A stretch of DNA of 63,622 nucleotides, filler included, from Perkinsus chesapeaki ATCC PRA-425 (taxonomy: Eukaryota; Protista; Perkinsozoa), in the NCBI GenBank assembly GCA_013115145.1. It is 5 parts of 5 records of this genome, joined end to end, with 100 filler letters (N's around TTAATTAATTAA, not from the genome) between each part and the next. Parts side by side here need not be neighbours in the genome. Positions count along the whole stretch, not along the records: positions 62,317 to 63,622 come from JAAPAO010002047.1; 4 more parts are not named here. One strand, 5' to 3'. The notes beneath the pieces were generated by a model. The model saw only the letters and a program-made list of their open reading frames with translations, made no database searches and was not told the origin of the DNA. Of this stretch, positions 62,364-63,622 are shown one piece after another. Made by a program: the position numbers and the translations under genes. Each line of letters opens with the position of its first letter. The first letter of the stretch is position 1.

Positions 62364-63419
62364 GTGTCCATGTTAATTGGCGAGGCCCATCGTGCTGTGA
62401 AGCATGGTTCGATAGATGTTACTATAGCTGAGATGCATACCTTTTATGTTAAGGGCTCAGGCAACGAGTCCGATGTTACATTGATAGATGCGTTGGTTGT
62501 CAAGTTGTGCGTGCCAGACAACAATGGGGAAGAGGGATTGGATCCCATTCCTATGACATGAAGAAGCTGATAGAAGAGTGTGTGCCCTACACAGTGGTAT
62601 ATTGTGATTTCTTGGCCCTCGGCGGTCACCGTAAGGTGTTTACTACAGTTTGTCTAGCCACCGGAGCGACGGAGTGGGTGCTGGCTGATGCGGAGTCTGT
62701 GCAAGGAGCCATCCGCGCCTACCATACACTGGTCACCAAAATTGGCCATGCCGTCAAATATATGCATGTTGATACGGCAAGCTACTTCCAGAGTGACCGT
62801 TTCAAGGACAGTATGGCGTCGCTGAATGTGCAGGTGGTCTATGCTAACACGAGGTCCCCACCTCGTGACCCAACACGGGAAGGTCGAGAAAATCCATGAC
62901 TTAGGGCTGAAGAAGATTCGAGCGTTGTTTTTGAAAGCTGGACCAGGGAAGCCGAGCCGGTTTACTCAAACTGTGCTTGACTACGTGACTCTCCTACTCA
63001 ACACGCGCCCCGTGGGTGCAAGAGTAAGTCCCAGAGAAGAGGTTGTGACGCACGATTACCTAGTTCGCGGCTACACGCGGCCAACGAATCCGTACGCACC
63101 CCCTGAGTTGGGGAAGAAGTTTGCGTACTCTTTGCGGTCCGTGCTGATGGAGTCTAGGTGGTCGGAGCTGAAATTGTTGAGTCAGAAGGCCGGAGCCAAT
63201 AGATCCCGACGTCAATTATCTACTGGAAATGGCCGAGAGGTCGATGACTCGTTTGTTGAGGGAGACTTGGTGCTGGTGAGGTACAGTGCCAACAAGTACG
63301 ATAACCCGTATAGATTGGGGCGTGTCAAAGAGATAAAGACACCCTTCAGCTATGTTGTTGAGGTTGACGGTAACAGTAAGACTGAGTCGGTGCGGAATCT
63401 TGTCAAGCTTCGACAGTAG
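62364..63419 (+). mobile_element. LTR-retrotransposon (Ty3/Gypsy-like) integrase, frameshifted
   Basis: Zinc-finger-like AHRAVKH...LC and catalytic-like VYCDF, HVDTASYF and GKVEKIH. The C-terminal FVEGDLVLVR...YVVEV resembles a Gypsy integrase C-terminus. The sequence is spread over three frames. Confidence 0.8.
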
Positions 63420-63486
63420 GCTACTTGCTGAGTAGTACTCGCGGTAGTTTTTTGGTCGACTTGTTCGGGGACTTGAGTAGTCCTCC

Positions 63487-63622
63487 GGGAGGGGGCATGA
63501 TCCTCGATCCTGGATAAAGGCTCGCGGATGAGGCTTGTGCTGGCTCGCCGCTGGCGCCGTGAAGTTCACTATTTCCCCACAAGATGGCTCCCTCCGCACA
63601 AAGGCTACTCAGTGATGATTAT
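63487..63622 (+). mobile_element. Candidate polypurine tract (gggaggggg) and start of 3' LTR (TG at 63498)
   Basis: Purine tract about 70 nt after the integrase stop, followed by ca-TG. Confidence 0.45.

Noticed and set aside
1-63622. Spliced-leader RNA, snRNA or rRNA genes
   Set aside because: A by-eye search for Perkinsus/dinoflagellate-type SL (CCGTAGCCATYTTGGCTCAAG), U1/U2/U5/U6 and rRNA signatures found none. An Rfam scan would be needed to exclude divergent copies.

Overview
This is eukaryotic, gene-dense protist DNA with many short (~40-80 nt) GT-AG introns. Intron style and gene content suggest a Perkinsus-like alveolate, which is an inference. The window contains five N-gaps, four of them carrying a TTAATTAATTAA assembly linker, so adjacency across those points is not guaranteed. 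Recognisable genes: two tandem ABCG half-transporters, a RAP/FASTK-like helical-repeat protein, KLHDC4, a subtilisin, a SET-domain protein split over micro-exons, Yip1/YIPF5, SPT16, a POT/PTR peptide transporter, the 3' exons of prefoldin-5, an AAAP amino-acid transporter, a SAP+SP-RING SUMO E3 ligase, a mucin-like fragment and a frameshifted LTR-retrotransposon integrase. There is also a cluster of seven tRNA-Arg genes, a tRNA-Gln and several minisatellites. The most notable observations are three. (1) A pair of tiny two-exon secreted-protein genes, missed by the ORF track, share a near-identical promoter and signal-peptide block, a hypervariable Pro/Gln middle and a conserved GNVA+poly-Arg tail. 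(2) One tRNA appears to fill a spliceosomal intron, and tRNA-like relics lie in three other short introns. (3) A convergent tRNA-Arg(CCG)/(UCU) cassette is repeated three times and lacks canonical Pol III terminators. All exon models were derived by eye and no database search was run.
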